Part shown: piece by piece, positions 9,229 to 20,900 of the stretch
How positions within the stretch are numbered: position 1 is the stretch's first letter
Layout: the number at the start of each line of letters is the position of its first letter
Assembly (NCBI GenBank): GCA_031400975.1
Contig: JANNQX010000147.1
Coordinates: forward strand, 393 to 64,392
DNA from: Gemmatimonadota bacterium
GTDB taxonomy: Bacteria; Gemmatimonadota; Gemmatimonadetes; Gemmatimonadales; GWC2-71-9
Direction: 5' to 3'
DNA: 64,000 bases
Translations under genes and position numbers: made by a program
The notes under the pieces: generated by a model
What the model was told of the DNA's origin: nothing
The model's database searches: none
Seen by the model: only the letters and a program-made list of their open reading frames with translations

Positions 9229-11034
9229 CTAGTCGCTATCGACTTGGAGAACCGCCAGGAAGGCCTCTTGAGGAATCTCGACCTGGCCGATCTGTTTCAT
9301 CCGCTTCTTACCCTCTTTTTGCTTCTCCAGCAATTTCCGCTTTCTGGTAATGTCGCCGCCGTAACACTTGGCCAAGACGTCTTTCCGGAGGGCCGAGACG
9401 GTTTCGCGGGCGATGATCTTGGCGCCGATGGCCGCTTGAATGGCGACCGGGAACAGTTGCCGAGGAATCAACTCTTTGAGTTTTTCCGCGATTTTTCGGC
9501 CCCAGTCGTAGGCCTTGTCTTCGTGGACGATGATACTGAAGGCGTCGACTTGCTCTCCGTTGATCAGGAGGTCCAACTTGACGAGATCACTGGTTCGGTA
9601 TCCGGCGAGTTCATAGTCGAGCGACGCGTATCCACGCGACAACGACTTGAGCCGATCATAGAAGTCGAGGACGATTTCGCCGAGCGGAAAGTCGAAATGA
9701 AACTCGACTCGAGTGGGGTCGATGAAATGCATTCCGTTGTAGACCCCGCGCCGATCCTGGCCCAGCTTCATGATGGCGCCGATGTACTCGGTGGGCGAAA
9801 CGATCCGGGCCTTGACGTAGGGTTCGTCGATCCGGACTCGCAACCCCGATTCCGGCAGGGTCGAAGGGTTCTCAACCACGAGCTCCTCGCCGTTCGTCAA
9901 CAAGACGTGATACTCCACCGTCGGCACCGTGGTAATCAGGGCGAGATTGAACTCCCGCTCGAGGCGCTCCTGGACGATCTCCATGTGGAGCAGTCCGAGG
10001 AATCCGCATCGGAATCCGAACCCGAGTGCCAGCGATGATTCCGGCTCGTAGTTGAGACTGGCGTCGTTGATCTGGAGTTTCTCCAGGGCGTCGCGGAGAT
10101 CCTCGTACTGATCCGTCGTGGTCGGGTAGACACCGGCGAAGACCATGGAACGGACTTCGCGGTACCCGGCAAGTAGTTCAGTAGCTGGATTGCTGGCGTC
10201 GAGGATCGTATCGCCGACGCGGGCGTCCCGGACCCCGCGGACGCTGGCCACGACGTACCCCACTTCGCCCGCGCTGAGGAAGTCGGTCTCGAATTTCCCC
10301 GATGCTGGAAACCCGACCTCGGCCACTTCGTAGACGTCGTGCGGGTGGGACCCGAACTGGATCTTGGTGCCCTTGGTGATCAGGCCGTCGACCACCCGAA
10401 CGGTCGGAACGGCACCCCGGTATCGGTCGTAGTAAGAGTCGAACACGAGGGCCCGGAGCGGGAGATTAGGGTTCCCCCGAGGAATCGGGACTTTCGCGAC
10501 GATGGCTTCGAGGAGCTCGGGAACCCCGGTGCCCTCCTTGGCGGAAACTGCCAAGATCTGATCGCGGCCGATCCCGAGCAGTTCCATCAGCTCGAGGGCC
10601 CGCTTCTCCGGCTCGGCCCCCGGCAGGTCGATCTTGTTGAGAACCGGGACGATCTCGAGCCCCGCTTCCATGGCCAAAAAGAGGTTGGATAAGGTCTGGG
10701 CCTGCACCCCTTGCGACGCATCAACCACGAGCACCGCACCCTCGCATGCCGCCAAGGAGCGCGACACTTCATAGGTGAAATCGACGTGCCCCGGGGTGTC
10801 GATCAAGTTGAGCTCGTACTCGATCCCATCCTTGGCGTGGTACATCATCCGGCAGGCGTTGAGCTTGATCGTGATGCCGCGCTCCCGCTCCAGGTCCATC
10901 GTGTCGAGGACTTGGTCTCGCATCTGCCGCTTGCCCAGGGTGCCCGTCGTCTCGATCAACCGATCGGCCAAGGTCGATTTGCCATGGTCGATATGAGCGA
11001 CAATACAAAAATTCCTGATTCGTTCCTGCTTCAT
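9229..11034 (-). CDS. lepA: Elongation factor 4
   Basis: [54 protein letters not shown]; ATG at 11034. Confidence 0.98.
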   Translation of the reverse strand: MKQERIRNFCIVAHIDHGKSTLADRLIETTGTLGKRQMRDQVLDTMDLERERGITIKLNACRMMYHAKDGIEYELNLIDTPGHVDFTYEVSRSLAACEGAVLVVDASQGVQAQTLSNLFLAMEAGLEIVPVLNKIDLPGAEPEKRALELMELLGIGRDQILAVSAKEGTGVPELLEAIVAKVPIPRGNPNLPLRALVFDSYYDRYRGAVPTVRVVDGLITKGTKIQFGSHPHDVYEVAEVGFPASGKFETDFLSAGEVGYVVASVRGVRDARVGDTILDASNPATELLAGYREVRSMVFAGVYPTTTDQYEDLRDALEKLQINDASLNYEPESSLALGFGFRCGFLGLLHMEIVQERLEREFNLALITTVPTVEYHVLLTNGEELVVENPSTLPESGLRVRIDEPYVKARIVSPTEYIGAIMKLGQDRRGVYNGMHFIDPTRVEFHFDFPLGEIVLDFYDRLKSLSRGYASLDYELAGYRTSDLVKLDLLINGEQVDAFSIIVHEDKAYDWGRKIAEKLKELIPRQLFPVAIQAAIGAKIIARETVSALRKDVLAKCYGGDITRKRKLLEKQKEGKKRMKQIGQVEIPQEAFLAVLQVDSD

Positions 11035-11050
11035 GCCGGGAATATAGCTG

Positions 11051-11174
11051 CTCGGCACTCAGTACTCGGCACTCGGCGCTCGGCACTCGGCACTCTACCG
11101 AACGCCCGATTACCTTGCCCCCCCACATGCCACCACAATCCCCGAGTGCCGAGCGCCGAGTGCCGAGTGCCGAG
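11051..11174. repeat. Inverted pair of heptamer tandem arrays (CTCGGCA)n / (TGCCGAG)n
   Basis: 11064-11090 ACTCGGCACTCGGCGCTCGGCACTCGG is the exact reverse complement of 11142-11168; 51-nt spacer. Confidence 0.9.
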
Positions 11175-12035
11175 ATCGGCATGTTGGTGGTGGCGTTGCT
11201 GTGGGGGGCCAATTTTACCATCAACAAGTATGCCCTTGGGTTTGTCCCGCCGGTGGCGTTTTCGGCGGCTCGGTTCGTTTTGGCGAGCGTGGTGTTCTTT
11301 GGACTGGTGACCTTTTTCAATCCGGCGCCGCGGATTCCGACCGGGAGGGGCTGGGCCCTTGCCGGGCTCGGCGTGGTCGGCAACACCGGCTACCAGATTG
11401 CGTTCATGATCGGGCTCGTGACCACGAGCGCGATCAACGCGTCGTTGATCCAGGCGTCGGTTCCGGTCCTGGTCGCGGTGATATCCGCATGGTTTGGGGT
11501 TGAGCGAGCGACTGGCCGGCTTTGGGCCGGGCTTTTGGTCGCGACCGCCGGGGTCTTGTTGGTGGTCGCTGTTCAGGGTGCCGCATTCTCCCTGGCCACC
11601 GCGCGGGGAGATCTCTTGGTCTTTGCTTCCGCTGCCTGCTGGGCGGCGTTTACGGTGGGGGTCAGGGTGGTCGGCCAGGGCCAGGATCCGCTCCGGGTGG
11701 CGGCGCTGACCACTTACGCGGGTGTGCCCGGGTTGTTGTTGGTGTCGTATCCGGAGCTTCGGGCCTTACATTGGGCCGAGCTGCCAGCATCGGTGTGGTT
11801 TGCCCTGGTGTTTTCAGCGGTGTTTGCGTTGGTCCTTTCCTACATCATCTGGAGCTACGCGGTCCGGTCGATCGGGGGAAGCCGGACCGCGATCTACAAC
11901 TGCATTACCCCCGTCTTTGCCGCGATCATCGCCTGGGCGGTTCTGGGCGAACGGCTGGTGCTGGCCCAAGGGGTTGGAGCGGCACTTGTGTTTGGGGGGG
12001 TATTCATGAGCCAGCGCCCGACACCGGTCGAGTGA
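11160..12035 (+). CDS. DMT/EamA-family transporter
   Basis: LLWGANF, ~10 TM, YNCITPVFAAIIAWAVLGE; start uncertain (GTG within the repeat, or ATG 11181). Confidence 0.88.
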   Translation: MPSAEIGMLVVALLWGANFTINKYALGFVPPVAFSAARFVLASVVFFGLVTFFNPAPRIPTGRGWALAGLGVVGNTGYQIAFMIGLVTTSAINASLIQASVPVLVAVISAWFGVERATGRLWAGLLVATAGVLLVVAVQGAAFSLATARGDLLVFASAACWAAFTVGVRVVGQGQDPLRVAALTTYAGVPGLLLVSYPELRALHWAELPASVWFALVFSAVFALVLSYIIWSYAVRSIGGSRTAIYNCITPVFAAIIAWAVLGERLVLAQGVGAALVFGGVFMSQRPTPVE

Positions 12036-12928
12036 GGGTCAAGGGCTGGTCTCGGCACGATACCGGCCTGGTCGTCGTTTCGCTGATTTGGGGCGGCAAC
12101 TACGCGATCTCCAAGGCGGCCCTGGTCCACATTTCGCCGGTGGCGTTCGCGGCCCTCCGATTCATCCTTAGCAGTTCGCTCCTCTGGGTCCTGGTGTGGG
12201 CTCTCAAACAGTTCGGGCCGATCAGTCGAGCGACGCTCGCCAAGTTGCTGGCGTGGGGGGTGGTTGGTCACACCCTGAATCAGCTGGCGTTCCTGTCCGG
12301 CCTCCAACTGACGACGGCGACCAACAGCGCGGTGATTTTTGGCAGCCTCCCCTTCGTCGTGGCCCTGCTCGGGGTCATGCTGGGCTACGAGCGACCGCGG
12401 CCGCGGGTCTGGCTCGGCGTTCTGCTGGGGACGTTGGGCGTGGCGGTGGTGGTGGGGGCCAAGGGGATCCATTTCAGCGCGGCAACGCTGCGAGGCGACG
12501 GGCTTAGTGTCCTTGCCCTGCTTTGTTGGGCCCTCTTTACGGTGGGCCTCCGACATTCGGCCCTCGGTCTGAACTCTGCCCAGGTCTCAGCGCTGACCCA
12601 TTTGGGTGGCACGCCGGGGTTGATTCTGGCCGCGGCGCCCAGTTTCCGCGGGTTTGATCTTGGCAGCGTCCACCCCAGCGTGTGGTTGGGGCTCGCCTAT
12701 TCCTCGATTCTGTCGTCGGTGGTCGCCTCGGTGCTATGGACTCGGAGTCTCAAGGCGCTCGGCGGGAGCCGGACCGCCCTCTACAACTGCGTCACGCCGA
12801 TCTTTGCGGCCATCGTGGCGTGGATCGTGTTGGGTGAAAAGCCAGTGCCGCTCCAAGGTGTCGGAGCGGCACTGGTGATCGTCGGCGTCTTGGTCAGCCG
12901 GGTTCCGGAGGAAGCGGTGGAGTCCTAG
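12032..12928 (+). CDS. DMT/EamA-family transporter (tandem paralogue)
   Basis: LIWGGNY, YNCVTPIFAAIVAWIVLGE; GTGA overlap with the upstream paralogue. Confidence 0.88.
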   Translation: MRVKGWSRHDTGLVVVSLIWGGNYAISKAALVHISPVAFAALRFILSSSLLWVLVWALKQFGPISRATLAKLLAWGVVGHTLNQLAFLSGLQLTTATNSAVIFGSLPFVVALLGVMLGYERPRPRVWLGVLLGTLGVAVVVGAKGIHFSAATLRGDGLSVLALLCWALFTVGLRHSALGLNSAQVSALTHLGGTPGLILAAAPSFRGFDLGSVHPSVWLGLAYSSILSSVVASVLWTRSLKALGGSRTALYNCVTPIFAAIVAWIVLGEKPVPLQGVGAALVIVGVLVSRVPEEAVES

Positions 12929-13281
12929 CCCAACGCCTTCGGCCCTCGGATTTCCTCCAGCCGTCCGACGGCTCGTCGCAGATGAGGGATCACGATCGAC
13001 CCGCCGACCACGAGGCCGATTGAAAAGGCCTCGTGCATCTCCGGATCGGACACGCCCTCCTCACAACATCGCTGGACGTGGTAGGTGATGCAGTCGTCGC
13101 ACCGAAGCACCATCGACGCGACCAGACCGAGGAGCTCTTTGGTCTTTACGTCGAGGGCCCCGGCCTCGTAGGCCCGGGTGTCCAAGTTGAAGAACCGGTT
13201 CGTCGTCAGGTTCCCGGCCGCGAAGATCTTGTCGTTCATCGCGCCGCGAAAGGCGTTGAACTCCCCGAGGGTCTCGCTCAT
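12925..13281 (-). CDS. Carboxymuconolactone decarboxylase/AhpD-family protein
   Basis: GALDVKTKELLGLVAS..LRCDDCITYH. Confidence 0.88.
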   Translation of the reverse strand: MSETLGEFNAFRGAMNDKIFAAGNLTTNRFFNLDTRAYEAGALDVKTKELLGLVASMVLRCDDCITYHVQRCCEEGVSDPEMHEAFSIGLVVGGSIVIPHLRRAVGRLEEIRGPKALG

Positions 13282-13282
13282 C

Positions 13283-14794
13283 TCATGGCACCGAGTTTGG
13301 CTTGTCGACGATCTTGTCGTAGCTGGCGGGGTTCCATTTCGGGCGATCAGTGGTGTTCCCGATCGTGATGGCCAAATGGAAGATCAGCTTGAGGATCCGG
13401 GCTTCCTTTTCGGTGTCGATCTTGTCGGGTGTGTCGGAGACCGCATGGTAGTCGTCGTGGAGCCCGCTGGTGAAAAACAAGACCGGGACGCCCTTACGGG
13501 CGAAGTTATAGTGGTCGGACCGGAAGAACAGGTTCTCCTCGGGCCAGCGGTCGTCGATGGCCGTCATCGAGAGGTCGGGATGCTCGCCGGCGACTTTCGT
13601 CAACGTGGTGCCCAGATCGGAATGTGGCATCCCGATGGCCACCACCGTGTCCTTCCAGTTCCGTCCGATCATGTCGATGTTGAGATTCGCAACCATTGAC
13701 CCGATCGGGACCGGGGGGTTCTTGGCGAATTGTTCGCTACCCCAAAGGCCCTTCTCTTCGCCGCTCACACCTAAGAAAAGGATCGAACGCTTGGGCCGAG
13801 CGCCGACCTGGGCAAACGCCTCGGCTAACTCGACGATGCCGACGGTTCCGGACCCATCGTCGTCCGCTCCGTTGCAGATTCGATCCTTGGCGCCGGATCC
13901 CTTGCAATCGCTCCCGACATGGTCCATGTGAGCGGACACCACGATGTATTCGTTCTTGAGGACCGGATCGGTGCCCTCGGCAATCGCCGCCACATTCGGT
14001 GCCTCCGAACGGCTGAGAATGGTGTCGCGGATAACCGACTTGGCCATCCAGTCCGGCAAAGGCACGACGGTCGGGGTCGTCGCGGCGCGGAGTTGGGCGA
14101 GTTGGGCCGCGGCTTCCGGGACCTGGTCCGCCACAGCGATCTCGTTGGCGAAGAAGATCGCCGGGCCTTCGCTCGGACCCTCGCCCACCATGGTTTGGAC
14201 GCCGCGAGGCCGCGCGGCGAACTGCGCGAACGCCCCGGGGTTGTTGATGACCGCCACGATCAACTTGGCGCCGCCGTTGAAGGCCGCTCCGATCACTTCG
14301 TCGATGGTTGGCGGGAAGCCCGCTCCCCAGTCGGCGACCCAGACGACCGCCTTGCCTTTGAGCTGAGCCGTCGCGGCGGTGTCGATCCCGCCCCCAAGGA
14401 GAACGACCGGGAACTCGCCACCCGCCCCAACCTGGGCCACCGTGGCGTCCTTCGCTTGCAGAGAAATCACGGCGCCCGGGCCGGTGAACGTCACCGATGA
14501 CTGCTCCGGGAGTAGCTGTCGGGTCGTGATCCGATACGGGACCAGGAAGCTGCCGGACGGATGGGCCGCCTTCAGTCCGACACGCTTGAATTCGCCGGCC
14601 ACCCACTGGGCGGTGAGGTCGAGGCCGCGGCTTGGGGTATCCCGTCCTCCCATGGAATCATCGGCCACCAGATAGATCCGCCGTTTGACATCGGCCGCGG
14701 TAATGGTCGCGGCCGCTCGGGTCACGGGGTCGGATTGGGCCTGCATGGTCAGCGGAATCGTACCGATCACCGCAACCAACAACGACAGCTTCAC
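13283..14794 (-). CDS. Secreted M28-family metallopeptidase
   Basis: Signal peptide, SAHMDH, NGADDDGSG, GEEKGLWGS, NIDMIGR, RSDH, DYH; GTG 14794 preceded by GGAGA. Confidence 0.9.
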   Translation of the reverse strand: MKLSLLVAVIGTIPLTMQAQSDPVTRAAATITAADVKRRIYLVADDSMGGRDTPSRGLDLTAQWVAGEFKRVGLKAAHPSGSFLVPYRITTRQLLPEQSSVTFTGPGAVISLQAKDATVAQVGAGGEFPVVLLGGGIDTAATAQLKGKAVVWVADWGAGFPPTIDEVIGAAFNGGAKLIVAVINNPGAFAQFAARPRGVQTMVGEGPSEGPAIFFANEIAVADQVPEAAAQLAQLRAATTPTVVPLPDWMAKSVIRDTILSRSEAPNVAAIAEGTDPVLKNEYIVVSAHMDHVGSDCKGSGAKDRICNGADDDGSGTVGIVELAEAFAQVGARPKRSILFLGVSGEEKGLWGSEQFAKNPPVPIGSMVANLNIDMIGRNWKDTVVAIGMPHSDLGTTLTKVAGEHPDLSMTAIDDRWPEENLFFRSDHYNFARKGVPVLFFTSGLHDDYHAVSDTPDKIDTEKEARILKLIFHLAITIGNTTDRPKWNPASYDKIVDKPNSVP

Positions 14795-14830
14795 GGAGGT
14801 CTCCAAAAGGAATCGGAGCCCCAAAACTAA

Positions 14831-15100
14831 CTACCCGCGAGGTGTTGAGGGGGGCGGGGGCGATGGTGGTGCGGGGGGTTTCCGGCGTCGAAGTTCAGGC
14901 TCCCTCGAGGGGGCCGGTTTCGGCTTTGGACCGGGTGGCGGCTTGGGTTTAACGGAGTCTTGAACGAACGGACTGATCGCCGACGCTACCCAGGGACTCC
15001 CGGGGGAGGAAGGACCTCCAAGCAGCGCGACGACCAACCCCGTTTGTCCGAACAGACCACTCAACACGCGAAATCCATCGTTACAGGCGGTGCCAACCAT
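14831..15100 (-). CDS. Possible small Pro/Lys-rich hypothetical protein
   Basis: Fills the gap upstream of the M28 gene in the same orientation; hydrophobic N-terminus and Pro-rich tail; no family recognised. Confidence 0.3.
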   Translation of the reverse strand: MVGTACNDGFRVLSGLFGQTGLVVALLGGPSSPGSPWVASAISPFVQDSVKPKPPPGPKPKPAPSREPELRRRKPPAPPSPPPPSTPRG

Positions 15101-15259
15101 GGCAGGTCGTGTGCCATCGCAGTCGAAGCCGATAACTGCTTGCCAAACAAGGGGATAGTAAAACGGGTACAAAACCGACTGCGGCCGGGTGTCCCATGGG
15201 CAGGACACCGGTGACCTCGCGTTGACTCTCCCTTCATTCTCCCGTACGTTGCGCCGCCT

Positions 15260-16180
15260 ATGGTGACCACCAGCCGAGCGAAAGAACGCCTCGACCTCCT
15301 TGATCCGATCGAGGTCGCCCGGCTCGGCGGTATCGAGGTCCTCACCCAAGGCATTGTCGAGGGTTTCCTCACGGGGCTTCACCGGTCTCCTCGTCGGGGT
15401 TTTTCGGTCGAGTTCGCCGAACATCGAGCCTATCAACCGGGCGACGAACTTCGGTACGTCGACTGGAAAGTGCTCGCCCGGAGCGATCGGCTCTACGTCA
15501 AGCAATTCGAGGAAGAGACCAATCTCCGGGCGATGGTGGTGCTCGACTCGAGCCAGTCGATGGGGTGGTCCGGCAGCCCGAGTAGCCGGCTCACCAAGCT
15601 CGATTACGCCAAGCGCCTGGTGGCCGCCGTGGTGCTGGTGCTGCTTCGGCAGCGCGACGCCACCGGTCTGATCACCTTCGACGCAGTGGTCCGCTCAGTC
15701 ACTCCGCCGCGGGCCCGGATGACTCATTGGCACCAACTCCTCACGGCGCTGCACCATACTGAGGCCAGTTCGGCCACCGCAGCGGAACCGGCGCTTCGGC
15801 GGGTGGTCGATCAGCTTCGTCGGCGGGGTCTGGTGATCTTTGTGTCGGACCTGCTGCTTGACCGGGAGCTCGCGATCAAGGCCCTTCGGTTCCTCCGGCA
15901 TCGGGGCCATCAAGTGCTGGTACTGCATGTCATGGATCCCGCCGAGCTGGCGTTGGCGGGGCCGGCGGAGGCCCGCTTCGAGGACCCGGAAACCGGCCAA
16001 CACGTGACGATCCGGCCCTCGGATTGGGCCGGGGTCTACGCGAAAACGGTCGAAGGGGTCGTGCATGACTGGCGGCTCGCCTGTCGGCGTCACTCGATCG
16101 GCTACGAACAGGTCACCACCGACACCCCCTTTGGGCTGGCGTTGCGGCAGGCGCTGGTGCAGTCGCTTCATCTCGCATGA
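15260..16180 (+). CDS. DUF58 (MoxR-associated vWA-like) protein
   Basis: GLHRS...GFSVEFAEHRAYQPGDELRYVDWK, KQFEEETN, LDSSQSM. Confidence 0.92.
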   Translation: MVTTSRAKERLDLLDPIEVARLGGIEVLTQGIVEGFLTGLHRSPRRGFSVEFAEHRAYQPGDELRYVDWKVLARSDRLYVKQFEEETNLRAMVVLDSSQSMGWSGSPSSRLTKLDYAKRLVAAVVLVLLRQRDATGLITFDAVVRSVTPPRARMTHWHQLLTALHHTEASSATAAEPALRRVVDQLRRRGLVIFVSDLLLDRELAIKALRFLRHRGHQVLVLHVMDPAELALAGPAEARFEDPETGQHVTIRPSDWAGVYAKTVEGVVHDWRLACRRHSIGYEQVTTDTPFGLALRQALVQSLHLA

Positions 16181-17955
16181 GCTTTGTCTTTCCCTGGGCT
16201 CTCGCCGGGTTGGGGCTGGCGGGTATTCCGATTCTGCTCCATCTGCTGGCCCGGCGGGAGCCGCCCACGGTAGTGTTTCCGGCCACCCGGTATCTGGCCC
16301 AGGCGGCTGAACACCACAAACGGCGACTCCAACTTCAGCACTTCTTGCTGCTTTTGGTCCGGACCCTTCTAGTGGTCGCGCTGGTGCTGGCGGGGTCCGG
16401 GCCGAGTTGGCCAACGGCTGGACTCGGGAACCATGCCCCGACGGCCGCCGTGGTGATTCTGGACAACTCACTGTCAAGCGGCGCCATTTCCGGCGGCGTC
16501 CCGGTCCTCGACGGCCTCAAGGCGGCCGCCCGAACGGTCGTCGATCGGGCCACCCCCGACGATCGTTTGTGGCTGGTGACCGTCGACGGGGTCGCAAGGC
16601 AAGGAACCCCCGCGTCGCAGCGGAGCCGGATCGACACCGCGACCGCTTCCAGCGGGCGAGGGGATCTGGGGGTGCTGGTCGATCTCGCTTCAGACATCCT
16701 CGCCAATCAAACGCTGCCGGGCGAAGTGATCGTGGTCTCCGACCTCCAGTTGTCGGCATTGAGCGGCCAGGCTCGGGTCCCGATCAATGTGTTCCGCCCC
16801 TCGGTGGCGCCCCCCGGAAACGCCGGGATCGTCACCCTCGACGTGGGGAGCCAACCGTGGGGACCTGACGGCGGAACGGCCAGCGTGCAGACCCAGGGTT
16901 CGGTTGGCCAAGCCCGGCCGGTCACGATCGTCGCGGGCGACCGGCCGCCGAAGCAGCTCCTGGTGGCGACGGGCGGCGTGGGCACTCAGCGGCTGGCTGG
17001 GATCGGGCCGGGATGGTGGGGGGTCAAGGCCTCGCTCGATCCCGACGAGCTGCGGGCGGACGACAGCCGGACCGTGGCGGTGCGGGTGGCGCCCGCGGCG
17101 CGGGTTTCGTGGGCGGAGTCGGATCGGTACCTCGCGACCGCGGCGTCGGTGTTGGCCCAGAATGGCCGGATTGTGGCGGGAAACGAAGTCGGTTTGGGGG
17201 CTTTGATCAGCGGGGCGGCGGTGGTGACGCCGCCCGCCGACCCGGCGCAACTCGGCGCCCTCAATCGCTCGTTGGCGGCCCGGGGGTCGGAATGGCGTTT
17301 CGGTGACTTGGCCTTGACGGCGGTCACCACCGACAGCGGCCCGTGGCTCGGGCGGACCCGGATTCTCCGGCGCCACCGGCTGGTGTTCCAGGGCGGGGCG
17401 CCGACCGATGTTTTGGTCACCGCCGGAGGGGAACCGTGGGTCGCCCGCTCAGGCCGAATTGTGCTGGTTGGAAGCCGTCTCGACCCCGACTGGACTGGGT
17501 TGCCGCTGGCGGCCCCCTTCGTGCCCTTTCTGGATGCGCTCCTCAACCGGGCGGCTCGAGGGGAGCTGATCCACCTCACGGCCGCCCCCGGAGACCGGAT
17601 CTTGGTGCCCGATCGGGTCACCAGCGTCGGGTCAGGGGCCCGGCACTGGCCGATCGAAGGCGGATCGGCCTTTCGACCGAGCGGGCCGGGTCCCCATTTC
17701 CTGCTGGCGGGGCGGGACACGATCGGCGTGATCAACGTCAACTCGGATCCGCGGGAGTCTGATCTGGTCCGCGCCACGGACTCCGAGGTGGTGGCGATCT
17801 GGCCGAACGCCCGGGTGTCCGATCTAGCCGACGCGGGGCGGATGGCGTTCCAAGCGGGCGCCCGGAGCGATCTTCGGGGTCCGTTGCTATGGGCCGCCTT
17901 GGTGCTGGCCCTGATCGAAGTGGCCCTGGCCAGCCTCCGGCGGGCTCGGCGCTAG
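16177..17955 (+). CDS. BatA N-terminal + vWA membrane protein
   Basis: IPILLHLL, FPAT, LLLLVRTL, LDNSLSS, VSDLQ, NVNSDPRESDL, C-terminal TM. Confidence 0.85.
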   Translation: MSFVFPWALAGLGLAGIPILLHLLARREPPTVVFPATRYLAQAAEHHKRRLQLQHFLLLLVRTLLVVALVLAGSGPSWPTAGLGNHAPTAAVVILDNSLSSGAISGGVPVLDGLKAAARTVVDRATPDDRLWLVTVDGVARQGTPASQRSRIDTATASSGRGDLGVLVDLASDILANQTLPGEVIVVSDLQLSALSGQARVPINVFRPSVAPPGNAGIVTLDVGSQPWGPDGGTASVQTQGSVGQARPVTIVAGDRPPKQLLVATGGVGTQRLAGIGPGWWGVKASLDPDELRADDSRTVAVRVAPAARVSWAESDRYLATAASVLAQNGRIVAGNEVGLGALISGAAVVTPPADPAQLGALNRSLAARGSEWRFGDLALTAVTTDSGPWLGRTRILRRHRLVFQGGAPTDVLVTAGGEPWVARSGRIVLVGSRLDPDWTGLPLAAPFVPFLDALLNRAARGELIHLTAAPGDRILVPDRVTSVGSGARHWPIEGGSAFRPSGPGPHFLLAGRDTIGVINVNSDPRESDLVRATDSEVVAIWPNARVSDLADAGRMAFQAGARSDLRGPLLWAALVLALIEVALASLRRARR

Positions 17956-20900
17956 TGCTCCAGCCGGTCCTCGATGCCTTTGGCCGCACCGGGTTCGCGC
18001 GGGATGTCATCGGGCGGCTGCCGGCGGCTGGCGGGACACTCCGGATCGGGGGGCTGCCGGGCTCGAGCCCGGCGGTGTTGGCAGCGTGGCTTCGGTCGGA
18101 ACGACCGACTCAACTGATCACCATTGTCGCGACAACGCCGTCGGAGGCAGAGCGATGGCTGGCCGACCTGGGCCAGCTCACGGGTGGCGGGATCGCCCTT
18201 TATCCCCAGCGCGAAGCGCTCGGCGAAGAAGAGCGTCATGTCGAAATTGCCGGCGAACGGACTGAGACACTCCAGGCCCTGATTGGCGGCTCGCTCGGGA
18301 TTTTGGTGACCACCGCCCGGGCCTCCGCCGAGCGGACGGCGATACCAGCCGTCTTGGCCGCCTATCGGCTCGAATTGGTCCGGGGGGCCGCCATGCCGCT
18401 GGGCGACCTGATCGAGCAGTTGGAGTCGATGGGGTACAGCCGGGTGCCGACCGTTACCGAGGTGGCCCAGTTCAGCGTCCGCGGCGGGATCGTCGATCTC
18501 TATGGGTTTGGGATGCCGATCCCGGTGCGGGCTGAGTGGTGGGGCGACGTCATCGAGAGCGTTCGGGGGTTCGACCTGACCTCCCAGCGAAGCGGGCCGG
18601 AACAGGACGCGGTGACCGTTCTCCCGGTCCGGAGCCTTCCGGCTGCCCAACTTTCTGAAGGCGAGGCGCGGGTCCGGCGCTCGTTGCTCGACCTGCTCCC
18701 GACCGGCACCCTCGTCATCGTCGACTCGATGACGTCGAATGCCGAGGAGGTGACCCGGGCCTGGCGGGAAGCCGAACACCACCTCGATGTCGCCCGTCGG
18801 TTGGGCGAAGACCCTCCGAAACGGGCAGACATTTTCCTGTCGCCGGAGCAATGGGCGGCGGCCGGTCAACGGTTTGCTCACCTTTCCTTGCTCGAGGAGC
18901 CGGTCGAGCTCCAGGCTGGTTTCTTCCCGCCGGAAAAGATCGACCGCGATATCCGGCGGCTCCGGAGCATTCTTGACGGCGGGCTGACGACGCTCATTCT
19001 CTGTGACAATGAAGGCCAGCTCGAGCGGTTGAGCGAACTGCTGGACGAGCAGGGGCGGCCCGGCGGGGCGGTGCTTGCCGTGGGCGCTCTCGACGGTGGG
19101 TTCGTGATGCCCGCCCTCCGAGTGATGACCGATCACGAGGTCTTTCGCCGGGCTCGACGGCTCCGACGGGCCCGGCGGTATCGGCAGGCCGCGCCGACGG
19201 TGGTGGCGGGTACCTTGGCCAGCGGCGACTACGTGGTTCATCTCGATCACGGCATCGGGATCTATCGGGGCATCACCTCGATCGAAGTCGAAGGCGGGGT
19301 CATTGAGGTCGCCATCGTTGAGTACGAAGGTGGGGACCGGCTCCACGTCCCCCTCTATCGACTCGACCAGATCGAGCGGTACCGTTCGGCCACCGACGAT
19401 GGTGACGAGGCGCCCCCCCGAATCCACCGGCTCGGCAACAGCTCGTGGAAGAAGGTTCGGGATAAGACCCGAGAGGCCATCCAGCAGATGGCCGCCGAAC
19501 TCCTCGATTTGTATGCCCGCCGGCAGGTCAACGCGGGGTTTGGATTTCCTCCCGATACCAAGTGGCAGCGGGAACTCGAGTCGAGTTTCCTCTACGAAGA
19601 TACCCCGGACCAACGGCGGGCGACGGACGACGTCAAAAAGGATATGGAGCGGCCGGTCCCGATGGACCGGTTGGTGGTCGGGGACGTCGGGTATGGGAAG
19701 ACCGAAATCGCGGTGCGGGCCGCCTTCAAGGCGGTCCAGGGCGGCAAGCAAGTGGCGGTGTTGGTTCCGACGACCGTCTTGGCCGAACAGCACGGCCGGA
19801 CCTTCGCCGAACGGCTGGCCGACTTCCCGCTCAAGGTCGAAGTGTTGTCCCGATTTCGAACCGCCAAGGAGCAGAAACGGGTGTTGGGTGAGCTCGCGGC
19901 CGGGGCGATCGACATCGTGATCGGAACCCATCGGTTGCTGTCGAAGGATGTCGAGTTCAAGGACTTGGGGTTGTTGGTCATCGACGAGGAGCACCGGTTC
20001 GGCGTCAAGCACAAAGACATGATCAAGGCGATCAAGCTCTCGGTCGATGTGTTGACCCTGACCGCCACCCCGATTCCCCGGACCCTCCACATGTCCCTGG
20101 CCGGGATCCGTGACTTGAGCTTGATCGAGACGGCCCCCCGTGATCGGTCGCCGATCTTGACCTTCGTCGAGCCGTGGGACGACGGCCTCCTGGAGGAGTC
20201 GTTTGCCCGAGAACTGGACCGCGGCGGCCAAGTGTTCATGGTCCATAACCGAATCGAAACGATCGAGACGATCGCGGCTCGGGTCCGAGCGCTCGCGCCC
20301 CGGGCTCGGGTCGGGGTCGGGCACGGCCAGATGTCGGCGGATGGGCTGGAAGTGGTGATGCAGAAGTTCGTCGTGGGGGAGATCGACATTCTGGTGTCCA
20401 CGATGATCGTCGAGTCGGGGCTCGACGTACCGAACGCCAACACGATGGTGGTCCACGATGCCCACCGATTCGGCCTGGCCCAGCTGTACCAGCTCCGGGG
20501 GCGGGTCGGCCGGAGCCACCGGCGGGCCTACTGCTACCTGCTGACCCCTGATCTGATCGACCAGGAGGCGGAGGAACGTCTCAAGGTGCTTGAACACCAC
20601 ACGGAGCTCGGGGCCGGATACCGGATCGCCCTCAAGGACCTCGAGATTCGGGGGGCGGGCAATCTGTTGGGCAGTGAGCAATCGGGGCACGCCCATGCGG
20701 TTGGGTTCGATCTTTACCTCCGGTGGCTGGAGGAAACGGTCAAGTCGCTGCGGGCTGGTGGGGGTATCATCGAGACCCCGGCCCCCCCGGATGTCGTGTT
20801 CGACCGGCCGGCCCAACTCCCCGACGACTACGTCGCGGACGATGATTCCAAACTCGATATCTACCGCCGACTGGCGCGAGCGGCCCGCCCTGATGAAATT

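Noticed and set aside
11051-11174. Possible CRISPR array
   Set aside because: 7-bp tandem units with no unique spacers and no cas genes.
15260-17955. DUF58 + BatA/vWA without an adjacent MoxR ATPase as a novel system, or as supplier of the missing CIS ATPase
   Set aside because: MoxR genes are frequently unlinked; nothing in the sequence ties these genes to the CIS 30 kb away.
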